Position numbers and translations under genes: made by a program | Notes under the pieces: model-generated | Database searches by the model: none | The model's input: the letters and a program-made list of their open reading frames with translations, nothing else | What the model was told of the DNA's origin: nothing | In this document: positions 1 through 9,516 of the stretch, piece by piece | Position numbering within the stretch: position 1 is the first letter of the stretch | Layout of the letters: each line of letters begins with the position of its first letter | DNA from: an uncultured delta proteobacterium | Lineage (GTDB): Bacteria > Desulfobacterota > Desulfomonilia > UBA1062 | Length of the DNA stretch: 64,000 nt | Assembly: GCA_963785235.1 (NCBI GenBank) | Contig: CAWAUM010000011.1 | Span: 160,001-224,000, forward strand | Reading direction: 5' to 3'

Positions 1-390
1 AAGGCGGTAGTGAACATTTCTTGGGTGAGCATGGTGGTGAACTTGATATTCTGTCTCATCCTCATGCGTTTTATGAACCATGCCGGGATCGCGCTTGCCG
101 GCAGTATTTCGGTCTTTGCCCAGGTCATTATTCAGCATAAATATCTTACAGGCGCTGGAATCCACATCCCGATAGAGCATGTGAGACAGTTTGGCAAGAT
201 GTTGGCAGCCGCAGTCATAATGGGCATTGCCCTGGTTCCATTTGCCCGCATGAGTATATGGAATACAGGTATGACTTTGAAATCCTGCTTGCTGCTTTTT
301 TTATCTATTGTGTTGGGTGGCGGGCTGTATTTTGGTTCCCTGTGGGTTATGGGTGTGAGGGGATTCCCGGATAGGAAGAAAGCAGCCTGA
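1..390 (+). CDS. murJ: Lipid II flippase MurJ/MviN, C-terminal part (truncated by window edge)
   Basis: Multi-TM protein with VNLIFCLILM..HAGIALAGSIS, typical of the MurJ C-terminus; ORF open at the window start. Confidence 0.75.
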   Translation, partial: KAVVNISWVSMVVNLIFCLILMRFMNHAGIALAGSISVFAQVIIQHKYLTGAGIHIPIEHVRQFGKMLAAAVIMGIALVPFARMSIWNTGMTLKSCLLLFLSIVLGGGLYFGSLWVMGVRGFPDRKKAA

Positions 391-561
391 GCAGATCCGC
401 CCGCTTACAGACATTGATTTCTTATGACAGCGCAATGTGGTTAGTGTATGAAATTTATTTCTTATAAAGAGTAAGAAAAGTTCTATTAGTGAATCAATCC
501 TCAGGGGGCCATAAGTCCTTTATTAGTTATAACATTAATAGGTTGCGTGATATATTATCTA

Positions 562-577
562 TGGCACCATGTTTGCA
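562..577 (+). promoter_or_regulatory. Sigma-54 (-24/-12) promoter
   Basis: TGGCAC-CATGT-TTGCA; GG at 563 and GC at 575 are exactly 12 apart; AT-rich upstream region. Confidence 0.8.
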
Positions 578-604
578 CCTGTTATGAGGAATATAAGGAA
601 ATGC

Positions 605-745
605 ATGGGGGATTTCATCGTGTGGCTTACCAGGAGAGAGATTCTCGAACAGCTCGGAAGGTTGGGCATAAGGACTTTGTGTGAGCTGAAGAAGGCCTGT
701 CGAGAATTCGAATCATACTGGTATTCTCAACAGACGCATATGTAA
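605..745 (+). CDS. Small hypothetical protein, 46 aa (MGDFIVWLTRREILEQLGRLGIRTLCELKKACREFESYWYSQQTHM)
   Basis: Hand-translated; TAAGGA SD just upstream; directly behind the sigma-54 promoter; below the ORF-track length cutoff. Confidence 0.55.
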   Translation: MGDFIVWLTRREILEQLGRLGIRTLCELKKACREFESYWYSQQTHM

Positions 746-801
746 ACCCATGGGTTTGTCTAACTGTTTTAATACAATATGGGGAGAAGACGGGAACTAC
801 T

Positions 802-2658
802 ATGTGGCCTGAAAGATTGAATGAATATATTGTTGATCAAACACTTGAACTTTCTCCTGAATTCATAAAAAATAATGCAAATATAATCCCGTTACTTTTC
901 CAGGTTTCACTCTTGTCCGATGTGGAGATAAGGATCGAGAAGATATCGGACCTTTTCCTCAATTACATAGGCCATATTACCCCCTATGATGTTGCCTTTG
1001 TCTACATTTGGGAACCTCAGGATACCTGGTTCTGCAGGGGATTACAGGGGGAGGTTCCCGGTAATATCGAAAAGGGTGACATCTTTACCACTGCCATCCG
1101 GGAGATGGCCAGACCCATTCTCGTCCCGGAAATATCCAGGGCCGGGCTCAACGCCGAGGAGCTTCCCATCAGTTGTACATCCATGATAGGGCTTCCTATC
1201 TACAAGGATACCAAGATCATCGGGTGCGTAGAGCTTTTCAGGAAAGGTGCAAGCCCTTTTTGCATGAATGATCTTGTCCTGACAAAGCACCTCCTGCTGA
1301 GCTCGGAAAAGGTGCTTAGGAAAGTCATGGCCCCTGAAAAGGAGTTCGATGATGCCCTGGATGTCCGCATTGATATCCCCCAGAGGCATATCCTCCTGGA
1401 TGTCCTGCATCAGTACGAGGAGCTTTCCAAGAGACTCAGCTTTCCATTAAGCGTTGCGATCATTGAGATAGAAGATAGAGACAAATTTGGTCTGTATCAA
1501 CATCTTCCCGAAGGCGTAAGGACCCTCAAGATATTAGCCAAGAGGATACAGGAGGGCCTGCGTTGCTATGACAAGGTATTGAGGTACGAAGAGCTCAGTT
1601 TCTTTGTGATCCTGCCCGGGTGTACTGCGGCCGATGCAGTCAGTGCCTTGCATAAAGCCACCTTAAGCCTCGGGGCGGATCTTGCAGATACCATGACCAT
1701 AGGGGTGGCAACCTTACCCGATGAAGCCCAGGATGCAAAAGGGATCATTAATGTTGCACACCAGGCACTGTCCCATGCAAAAAAGAAAGGGACCCATGTA
1801 GCCACCTTTGCACAGACCGGGGCCATGAAGCAGGTGAATATCTCGCTGGAGCTCCGTATGAAGAAGCTCCTCCAGTCAGGACCATCCCTGAAGGCGCTCT
1901 ATGAGCTCTTGAACCTTATCAAGATTCAGTGCCAGGCAGACGAGGTGTCCATTCGGCATGAAGCCCCCGGTGTACCTGTATCATGGGAGGGCAATGAGCT
2001 TGGGTACCTTCACCAGGAGGGATTGCCGCAGGACATCTTTGAATGGATCACCACATATATTACCCCTGCCTGGGCTGTTGCCACTGGTTTTGATACGGAT
2101 ATTCAGAACTGGTATATGGGTATCTTAAACACGGCATCCATCATGTGCGACCTTCGTGCAGGGTACCCCATGGGGTTCTCTCTGAAGATTGCAGATCAGA
2201 TCTTTACCCTTGCCAAAGAGATGGGGGTAGGAGACAGGATCGCGAGCCAGTGGGCCAATTCTTCTCTGGCTGCCAATATCGGATACCTGGGCATACCGAC
2301 AACCCTGTTCATAAAGGGCGACCTTAACCCCTTTGATAAAAAGAAGCTTAACAACCACCCCATTATCACCTCGCGTATCCTCAAAGACGTGACTGTCCTC
2401 AATATTGATGAGGACCTGCTGATATATCACCATGAGAATTTTGACGGCAGCGGTTTTCCGCGGGGACTCAAAGGGGAGGATATCCCTTTGGCTGCACGGG
2501 CCATGAGGGTGGTGGATACATACAATGCAATGACTACTCCAAGGCTTTACCGGGCGCAGATGAGACATGAAGAGGCGCTGAAAGAGCTGTGTGCCATGTC
2601 GGGCAAGACGCTGGATCCCGACGTTGCATCCCTTTACGTGGATCTTATCGGTTCTTGA
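802..2658 (+). CDS. GAF + degenerate GGDEF + degenerate HD-GYP domain protein
   Basis: GAF-like SMIGLPIYKDTKIIGCVEL; GGDEF position reads RYEELSF; HD position reads LAANIG; HHENFDGSGFP and RVVDTYNAMT retained. Confidence 0.75.
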   Translation: MWPERLNEYIVDQTLELSPEFIKNNANIIPLLFQVSLLSDVEIRIEKISDLFLNYIGHITPYDVAFVYIWEPQDTWFCRGLQGEVPGNIEKGDIFTTAIREMARPILVPEISRAGLNAEELPISCTSMIGLPIYKDTKIIGCVELFRKGASPFCMNDLVLTKHLLLSSEKVLRKVMAPEKEFDDALDVRIDIPQRHILLDVLHQYEELSKRLSFPLSVAIIEIEDRDKFGLYQHLPEGVRTLKILAKRIQEGLRCYDKVLRYEELSFFVILPGCTAADAVSALHKATLSLGADLADTMTIGVATLPDEAQDAKGIINVAHQALSHAKKKGTHVATFAQTGAMKQVNISLELRMKKLLQSGPSLKALYELLNLIKIQCQADEVSIRHEAPGVPVSWEGNELGYLHQEGLPQDIFEWITTYITPAWAVATGFDTDIQNWYMGILNTASIMCDLRAGYPMGFSLKIADQIFTLAKEMGVGDRIASQWANSSLAANIGYLGIPTTLFIKGDLNPFDKKKLNNHPIITSRILKDVTVLNIDEDLLIYHHENFDGSGFPRGLKGEDIPLAARAMRVVDTYNAMTTPRLYRAQMRHEEALKELCAMSGKTLDPDVASLYVDLIGS

Positions 2659-4036
2659 TCCACCTGGGGTGTGTAATGCCGTATTTTCTGATCTTATAGT
2701 GGATCACCCTCTTGCTGATCCCCAGGGCGCTCGCTGCTTCTTTCTGAATCCAGTCATTTTTCTTTAGAGCTTCCAGGATCATATCACGTTCCGATAGCGC
2801 CAGGGTTGACATGGAGCTTTTATGATCCCCATTTCCGCCGTTATGTACAGGTGCAGCCTGGCTTGTTCCCGGATGCAGGATAGAGATGTCCTGCTGCCTG
2901 ATTGCATCACCTTCTGCCAGCAGCACTGCACGTTCGATGCAGTTCCTGATCTCACGGACATTGCCGGGCCATTCGTATTCAGTAATGGCAGCCAGCGCCT
3001 GCGAATCGATATCCATCTCGGGTTTGTTGAATTCCCTGCAGTATTTTCTGATGAAGTAGGTTACCAGAGGCTCTATGTCTTCCTTGCGTTGGCGGATGGG
3101 CGGGATGTGGATATTGACCACATTGATCCGGTAATACAGATCCTCGCGGAATTTCCCCTGTTCAACAAGGGAGTGCAGATCCTGGTTGGTTGCAGTGATT
3201 ACCCGGACATCAACCTTTATGGTTTTTTCTCCACCGACCCTCTCAAATTCTCTCTCTTCCAGGACCCGTAATATCTTGGATTGCAGGCCCAGATCCATAT
3301 CGCCGATCTCGTCGAGGAAGATGGTCCCCATGTTTGCCTGCTCTACCCTGCCTACCCTCATCCGTATTGCTCCGGTGAAGGCGCCCTTTTCGTGACCGAA
3401 GAGCTCGCTTTCGAGGATATTCTGAGGGAGAGCTGCGCAGTTGACCTGAACAAAATTATTTCCGCACCGGCTTGAGTTATGGTGAATGGCCCCTGCGATG
3501 AGTCCTTTTCCTACACCTGTCTCTCCGGTGACGAGCATGGTGGAATCGGCCTTTGCAACCTTTTCAACCAGCTTGAGAATTTTCTTGAGTGCAGTGCTCA
3601 CTCCGACAATGTCGGCAGTGCGATAGATGAGGTCTTCCTGGGCATGCCTGAGGTAGTCGATTTCGTTTTTCATACGCTTGATAGCCAGGGCGTCATCGAT
3701 TTTCTGTACGAGTTCGTGAAGGCCGAAGGGCTTCTGGATAAAATCCTGAGCACCGTTTTTCATAGCCACAACCGCAGTGTCTACCGAGGCATATCCGGTC
3801 ATCACAAGCACAATAGTGGTGGGATTGGTGGACTTGACCCGCTTGAGGAGTTCTATGCCGTCAATACCAGGCAATTTCAAGTCGGTGAGCATAAGGTCAT
3901 AGATATATTTTCCCAAACGGACGAGGGCCGCTTCGGCATTTTCAACGAGTTCAACCTCGTGGTTATGTCTCTTCAGTTCCTGAAAAATGACCTGTCCCAG
4001 GTTGATATCGTCTTCTACAATAAGGATGTGTGCCAT
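2645..4036 (-). CDS. Sigma-54-dependent response regulator (NtrC family: REC-AAA+-Fis HTH)
   Basis: REC (EDD, DLKLP), GETGVGK, ESELFGHEKGAFTGA, WPGNVRE, C-terminal HTH. Confidence 0.95.
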   Translation of the reverse strand: MAHILIVEDDINLGQVIFQELKRHNHEVELVENAEAALVRLGKYIYDLMLTDLKLPGIDGIELLKRVKSTNPTTIVLVMTGYASVDTAVVAMKNGAQDFIQKPFGLHELVQKIDDALAIKRMKNEIDYLRHAQEDLIYRTADIVGVSTALKKILKLVEKVAKADSTMLVTGETGVGKGLIAGAIHHNSSRCGNNFVQVNCAALPQNILESELFGHEKGAFTGAIRMRVGRVEQANMGTIFLDEIGDMDLGLQSKILRVLEEREFERVGGEKTIKVDVRVITATNQDLHSLVEQGKFREDLYYRINVVNIHIPPIRQRKEDIEPLVTYFIRKYCREFNKPEMDIDSQALAAITEYEWPGNVREIRNCIERAVLLAEGDAIRQQDISILHPGTSQAAPVHNGGNGDHKSSMSTLALSERDMILEALKKNDWIQKEAASALGISKRVIHYKIRKYGITHPRWIKNR

Positions 4037-4168
4037 AACAGTATTGTAATCGGATTTGCATGCTGAAAACTTTACCTCTTTATATAAACACTCAAATATT
4101 CACTAAAGGACCATTGCACAAGCTAAGAAAATCACTGAGATGGAAACTTGAGGAGATAAAAAACCTTA

Positions 4169-4219
4169 CCTGTTCAAATCAGACATCTCGGTGAAGCCGA
4201 GATGTCTGATTCGAACAGG
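4169..4219. repeat. 23-bp inverted repeat, possible minus-strand terminator
   Basis: cctgttcaaatcagacatctcgg-tgaag-ccgagatgtctgattcgaacagg; the single mismatch is a G-U pair on the minus strand, where a T-run follows. Confidence 0.7.
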
Positions 4220-4477
4220 CCAATTTCTGGTTTGCATCTGAATATCTGAGGTTTTTACAATGGACTGAATCACATGTGAGCTGCTCACAAGCCTTGTGTC
4301 ACATCATTTTCATCTTTTTTCGTGTCGGAACTCGGACTTGGCAGTTATTCAGGAGTCTCCACTAGGGAAAGGGTGATGGCAGTTGACCTGAGCGTATGGG
4401 TATACTATTGTATAAAAACAAACAGAAGCGGTCAAGCAACAGGAGAAATTCAGGCCTTAAAAGGCCGGGGGAAGTTG

Positions 4478-5104
4478 ATGCTGTTAAATACGGTAGTGGT
4501 TACTGAATTCATGACGAACTGCTTTATTCTTGGGGATGAACAGACGTTGCAGGCTGTTGTCATTGATCCGGGCGGAGAAGCGGAAAAGATCCTGAAACAG
4601 ATTGATGCCATGGGTTTAAAGGTTATTGCAGTTGTGAATACCCATGCGCATGTGGACCATATAGGGGCAATCAGGGAGATCAAGGACGCAACAGGCGCAC
4701 AGATCATGATGCATAAAGACGAATTGCCGCTGTTACAGGCAGCCTCGCGTATGGGCAGGCTCTTCGGGGTCCGGATCGAACAACCGCCGGATCCTGACCG
4801 TTTCTTAATAGAAGGGGATGAAATCTCTTTCGGCAATGGCATATCCCTGAGTGTCCTGGAGACACCCGGGCATTCTCCTGGAGGCATTGCCCTTGTCACC
4901 GCGGATAAAAAAATCTGCTTTGCAGGAGACACCCTTTTTGCAGGTTCCATTGGAAGGACAGATCTGCCCGGTGGAGATTACAATACGTTGATCGCCTCCA
5001 TCAAGACCAAGTTGTTGCCCTTAGGGGATGATGTGAAGGTATTGACCGGACATGGTCCTGCAACCACCATAGGGGCCGAGCGTAGATATAATCCATTCCT
5101 TTAG
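4478..5104 (+). CDS. MBL-fold metallo-hydrolase (glyoxalase II-like)
   Basis: THAHVDH, TPGHSPG, GDTLFAGSIGRTDLPGG, GHG motifs; start moved to ATG 4478. Confidence 0.9.
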   Translation: MLLNTVVVTEFMTNCFILGDEQTLQAVVIDPGGEAEKILKQIDAMGLKVIAVVNTHAHVDHIGAIREIKDATGAQIMMHKDELPLLQAASRMGRLFGVRIEQPPDPDRFLIEGDEISFGNGISLSVLETPGHSPGGIALVTADKKICFAGDTLFAGSIGRTDLPGGDYNTLIASIKTKLLPLGDDVKVLTGHGPATTIGAERRYNPFL

Positions 5105-5115
5105 GGAGGAGAATA

Positions 5116-5532
5116 ATGAGAAAAACTGTTTTGATGAGTCTTATTTTGGTTTTTATGCTTGCCGGTTGCGCCCAGTTAAAGAACGCCACTTCGGGTGGAT
5201 CTTCCACACCGGAGGTGCGTCCATCACCAAGGTATCTCGACTTTGCCGACATCCTGATCCCCGGTGAGCTTGAGAGGGTGGCCAAAGAATGTAATATTAC
5301 GAACGGGTTCGGCAAGCTGGTGGTATCAGGCCGGGTGGAGGTGGAATCGCTGTCCCAGTTTTTCATTACCTCTATGAACTCTGAAGGCTGGGTGTCATTA
5401 AACCAGTATAAGTTCCAGGGGTCGATTAAACTCTTCTTCAAGAAACAAGACAGGTTTGCTTCAGTACTTATTGAAGAGAATCCTCTTGCTACAAGGGTGG
5501 AACTATGGGTGGTGCCGCAGGAGAAGATATAG
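5116..5532 (+). CDS. Hypothetical lipoprotein
   Basis: Lipobox LAGC after a hydrophobic stretch; strong SD (GGAGG). Confidence 0.8.
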   Translation: MRKTVLMSLILVFMLAGCAQLKNATSGGSSTPEVRPSPRYLDFADILIPGELERVAKECNITNGFGKLVVSGRVEVESLSQFFITSMNSEGWVSLNQYKFQGSIKLFFKKQDRFASVLIEENPLATRVELWVVPQEKI

Positions 5533-6719
5533 AGGGCAAGACCGTCGTATTCGGAATAACGGGAGGGATAGCGGCCTATAAGGCACCGCTTATCGTACGC
5601 GGTCTCAAGCAACTTGGCCTCGATGTACATGCTGTAATGACCGAGGCTGCGCAGCACTTCGTGACCCCCCTTGTTATCCAGACGCTCACGGGCAGACCCG
5701 TGAATACGGAGATGTTTGGCGAGGTATCCGTTGCTTCTTATGAAATTGATCATATCGTGTTGGCCGACAAAGCGGATCTTTTTCTCATCGCACCGGCCAC
5801 AGCTAATTTTATTGCAAAACTCGCCCATGGTATTGCGGATGACCTCCTGACCTGTACGGTGCTGGCAACAAAGGCACCTGTCCTTGTCTGCCCATCCATG
5901 AACGTAAATATGCTTGCCAACAGGGCAACCCAGGACAATCTGGATGCCATAAAGGCCAGGGGCATTCATGTGCTTGAACCATCCACAGGTGAACTTGCGT
6001 GCGGATGGGAAGGGGCAGGGAGGCTGCCGGAGCCGGTTCGGATCATCGAAGAGGTTAAGCTGCTGCTTGCACAGCACGACCTGGCAGGCATCAATATTCT
6101 TATCACATCAGGCCCTACATGCGAAGACATAGATCCTGTTCGTTTTATAACCAACAGGTCCACAGGCAAGATGGGGGCGGCCATTGTTGAAGATGCCTGT
6201 ATACGCGGAGCAAAGTTGAAGGTGATCAGCGGACCTGTGATGGTGGAGTATGCCCCATGGGCAACGGTGATCAATATCAGGTCTGCCCAGGAGATGCTTG
6301 AGCGTGTCAAGGAGAACCTCGCTGATGCGGATGTACTTATCATGGCTGCAGCAGTGGCGGACTACACCCCCCATACCTACTCCAAGAGCAAGATCAAGAA
6401 GGGCGATAAGACTGCCCATATCGAGCTTGCATCAACGCCCGACATCCTTGCAACAATACGTACGTTAAAGGAGTCAAAAATATTTGTCGGGTTTGCCGCC
6501 GAGACGGAAAACCTCAAGAGCTACGCCCAGGACAAGATGATCAGGAAGGGGCTGGACATGATTGTGGCAAACCGGGTGGGAGAGATAAACACCGGTTTTG
6601 CTTCGGACACAAACAGCGGCGTTATCCTCTCTCCGGAAGGCGTGATCTACGATTTCGAGCACATGGGAAAAGAAGTGCTGGCCCACAAGATCTTGGACCT
6701 GGTGAAAGAGAGACTGTGA
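5505..6719 (+). CDS. coaBC: Phosphopantothenoylcysteine decarboxylase/ligase
   Basis: [48 protein letters not shown]; true start uncertain. Confidence 0.95.
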   Translation: MGGAAGEDIEGKTVVFGITGGIAAYKAPLIVRGLKQLGLDVHAVMTEAAQHFVTPLVIQTLTGRPVNTEMFGEVSVASYEIDHIVLADKADLFLIAPATANFIAKLAHGIADDLLTCTVLATKAPVLVCPSMNVNMLANRATQDNLDAIKARGIHVLEPSTGELACGWEGAGRLPEPVRIIEEVKLLLAQHDLAGINILITSGPTCEDIDPVRFITNRSTGKMGAAIVEDACIRGAKLKVISGPVMVEYAPWATVINIRSAQEMLERVKENLADADVLIMAAAVADYTPHTYSKSKIKKGDKTAHIELASTPDILATIRTLKESKIFVGFAAETENLKSYAQDKMIRKGLDMIVANRVGEINTGFASDTNSGVILSPEGVIYDFEHMGKEVLAHKILDLVKERL

Positions 6720-7387
6720 GGGAACAGATTATCCAGCTCCTTCGTGATGAGGCCAGGTGGGCAGGTCCTTTTCTCCTGCTGCCGGAGCCAGCGGTTACCA
6801 AGCCTTTAGCCCCCCAGGCACATCTTGGGGCAGCGCATGAGCTGGAACTCATCCGGAAGATGGTTAGTGATTGCACCTCCTGCGGCTTATGCCATACCAG
6901 GAAAAACATTGTATTCGGCCAGGGTAATCCCGAGTCACAGGTCATGTTCATCGGCGAGGCACCAGGTGCGGTGGAGGACGAGACAGGAATGCCATTCATG
7001 GGCCCAGCAGGCAACCTCCTGACAGACATCATTGAAAAAGGTATGGGCTTGAATCGGACGGATGTTTTCATAGCCAATGTACTCAAGTGCCGGCCTCCTG
7101 CCAACAGAGACCCGTTGCCCGATGAAGTGGCCTCCTGTATAGGCTTTCTCCATGCGCAGATCAGGGCCGTTAACCCGAAGATCATTGTGGCCTTGGGCAG
7201 GATAGCAACCCATACCATTCTTGAAGATACCTCCCCAATCAGTAAACTTCGAGGTACATTCAAGGACTATTGTGGAATCCTGACCATGCCCACCTATCAT
7301 CCAAGTTATTTGCTGCAGAACCCATCTAAAAAGAGGGATGTATGGGAAGATATCAAGAAGGTCATGGAAGTGCTCGGTATCAGGTAA
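6716..7387 (+). CDS. Uracil-DNA glycosylase family 4
   Basis: CxxC 4Fe-4S ligands, [21 protein letters not shown]. Confidence 0.93.
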   Translation: MREQIIQLLRDEARWAGPFLLLPEPAVTKPLAPQAHLGAAHELELIRKMVSDCTSCGLCHTRKNIVFGQGNPESQVMFIGEAPGAVEDETGMPFMGPAGNLLTDIIEKGMGLNRTDVFIANVLKCRPPANRDPLPDEVASCIGFLHAQIRAVNPKIIVALGRIATHTILEDTSPISKLRGTFKDYCGILTMPTYHPSYLLQNPSKKRDVWEDIKKVMEVLGIR

Positions 7388-8700
7388 ACACCATAGGCAT
7401 TCTCTACGTCTTTGTTGTCCTGCTGCTCTGCGTGCCGCTTCGAGTCAGTGCATCCGATATTCTTGTCATTGAGGTCAAGGACGCCATCAGCCCACCCATC
7501 GCCTCCTATATCATGGAGAACATCGATAACGCACTGGCCACCAACAAGTCCGCCATCATCATCCGGCTGGATACCCCGGGAGGCCTGGACACTGCTATGC
7601 GCGATATCATCCAGAAAGAGATGAATGCCAATATCCCGGTCATTGTCTATGTCTCTCCAAAGGGTGCACGGGCCGCATCAGCCGGTGCGCTTATCACCCT
7701 TGCCTCTGATATAGCCGCTATGTCCCCGGGGACGAACATTGGTGCGGCACATCCTGTGAGCATAGGTGGTGGAGACGATAAAGAGGGTAAAGACAGCACC
7801 ATGGTGAACAAGGTAACCAATGACGCTGTTGCTTATGCCAAGAGCATCGCTCGAGAGCGTAAAAGGAGCGAGCAATGGGCGGATGATATCGTGCGCAAGA
7901 GCATTTCTACACCTGCACAGGAAGCATTGACCAAGGGGGTCATTGATATAGTGGCCCAGGATATGCCCGATCTCCTGAACCAGCTCCATGGAAGGAAAAT
8001 CAAGAAGAACCTCACAACCTTTGTGCTCAATACAAAGCAGGCCAATCTTGTGGATGTCCCCATGGGCTTCAGGTACCGGCTGCTCTCCACGCTTTCGAAT
8101 CCGAACATTGCCTATATCCTTATGCTCATCGGCCTCGCAGGCATATATTTTGAGCTTTCGAGCCCAGGGGCCATACTGCCCGGCGTCATCGGGGGTATCT
8201 CTCTGATCCTTGCCTTTTTCGCCTTCCAGACCCTGCCCGTTAACTATGCCGGGGTCGGACTCATTTTGCTGGCTGTTGTCATGTTCATCGCCGAGATAAA
8301 GGTGCCGAGCTATGGCCTGCTCACTGTGGGCGGCATCATCTCCATGACGCTGGGCTCACTTTTGCTCTTCAGGACCCCTGAACTCTATGCCCAGGTTTCC
8401 TATGCGCTTATTTTGCCCATTACCCTGTTTTTTGCCGCATTTTTTGCCGCCACTATATACCTCGTAGCCAAAGCACAGCGGACTACCTCCAGGTTTGGCG
8501 CAGATGCCCTGAAAGGCGAGATTGCTCAGGTGTATGCCTGGAATGAAGACGGCAGCGGCAAGGTCTTCTGCCACGGCGAGTACTGGAACGCCAAAGGTCC
8601 TTCAACCTTGAAGGCTGGGGATTTCGTAAAGATTGTGGACCAATCCGGTATGGAACTCATTGTAACAAAATCTCAGAGTATTGACGAGACAAGGCCATAA
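7342..8700 (+). CDS. nfeD: NfeD family membrane-bound serine protease (long form)
   Basis: LDTPGG, RAASAG, TNIGAAHPV, TM block, C-terminal GEYWNA OB-fold. Confidence 0.92.
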   Translation: MGRYQEGHGSARYQVNTIGILYVFVVLLLCVPLRVSASDILVIEVKDAISPPIASYIMENIDNALATNKSAIIIRLDTPGGLDTAMRDIIQKEMNANIPVIVYVSPKGARAASAGALITLASDIAAMSPGTNIGAAHPVSIGGGDDKEGKDSTMVNKVTNDAVAYAKSIARERKRSEQWADDIVRKSISTPAQEALTKGVIDIVAQDMPDLLNQLHGRKIKKNLTTFVLNTKQANLVDVPMGFRYRLLSTLSNPNIAYILMLIGLAGIYFELSSPGAILPGVIGGISLILAFFAFQTLPVNYAGVGLILLAVVMFIAEIKVPSYGLLTVGGIISMTLGSLLLFRTPELYAQVSYALILPITLFFAAFFAATIYLVAKAQRTTSRFGADALKGEIAQVYAWNEDGSGKVFCHGEYWNAKGPSTLKAGDFVKIVDQSGMELIVTKSQSIDETRP

Positions 8701-8718
8701 TCTCTTTTAGGAGGATGT

Positions 8719-9475
8719 ATGGTCACTATCGGCGGCAGGGCGCACACCCTGGATGAGATCCATGAAGTTTGCAGGCTCGGCCTGCCCTTTGTGGAAATGT
8801 CGTTGGATGATCCTGAAACCGTACTGCGCTTTCTACCTGAACTCCTCAAGATGAAAGAAAAATATGGCATCACGTATCTTGCCCATTATCCCAACGAGGA
8901 TAATCCCTTTGATATAGGCATTCTCTCAGAGCGTTTCGTACCACGGATAAAGGCCCTCACAGATCTCTCGTGAAAAACTTGCAGTCCATAAGGCCACCAT
9001 GCATTTCTGGATGGACATAAGATGGGCCCCTGAAGGGCTGATAACTATGAAGCTTGAACTGCTCAAAGAGATTGTCGGGTATGCCTCTAAGTCAGGCCTT
9101 GTTATCTGTATTGAAAACTTGAGTGAGCGTGCCGAGAGTTTCCAGGTTGCATTCGATGCCATTGCAGATCTCAGGATGACCCTGGATATCGGCCATGCCC
9201 AGCTTCTTGCAAAGAAGAACACCTCGTTTAGTTTCATAGAGCACTGTTTTGAGAGAATCGCGCATGTACATGTCCATGACAACCATGGGGGCACAAGTGT
9301 GAAGGACGATCTCCACCTGGCCCTGGGGCAGGGGAGCGTGGATTACCATACTATCATCTCATCCCTTGTGCGCAGCGGGTACGATTCAACCATCACCATG
9401 GAGGTGAAGCCGTCTGACATGGCGCCTACGCGCGAAGCCCTTCAACGCTGCATACCCAATTACGGCCTTCCTTGA
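8719..9475 (+). pseudogene. Sugar-phosphate isomerase/epimerase (AP endonuclease 2 TIM barrel), frameshifted near 8971
   Basis: Two ORFs join if one base is removed (tcg[t]gaa aaa ctt); ICIENL, TLDIGHA, HVHVHDN, DLHL motifs; may be an assembly indel. Confidence 0.75.
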
Positions 9476-9516
9476 CTTACAATCATCACCGGTTTAGAGA
9501 GAGAGGCATGGTATGC

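Noticed and set aside
8971-8973. TGA in the TIM-barrel gene as selenocysteine
   Set aside because: The downstream half is in a different frame, and the same frame hits TAA within six codons; this is a frameshift
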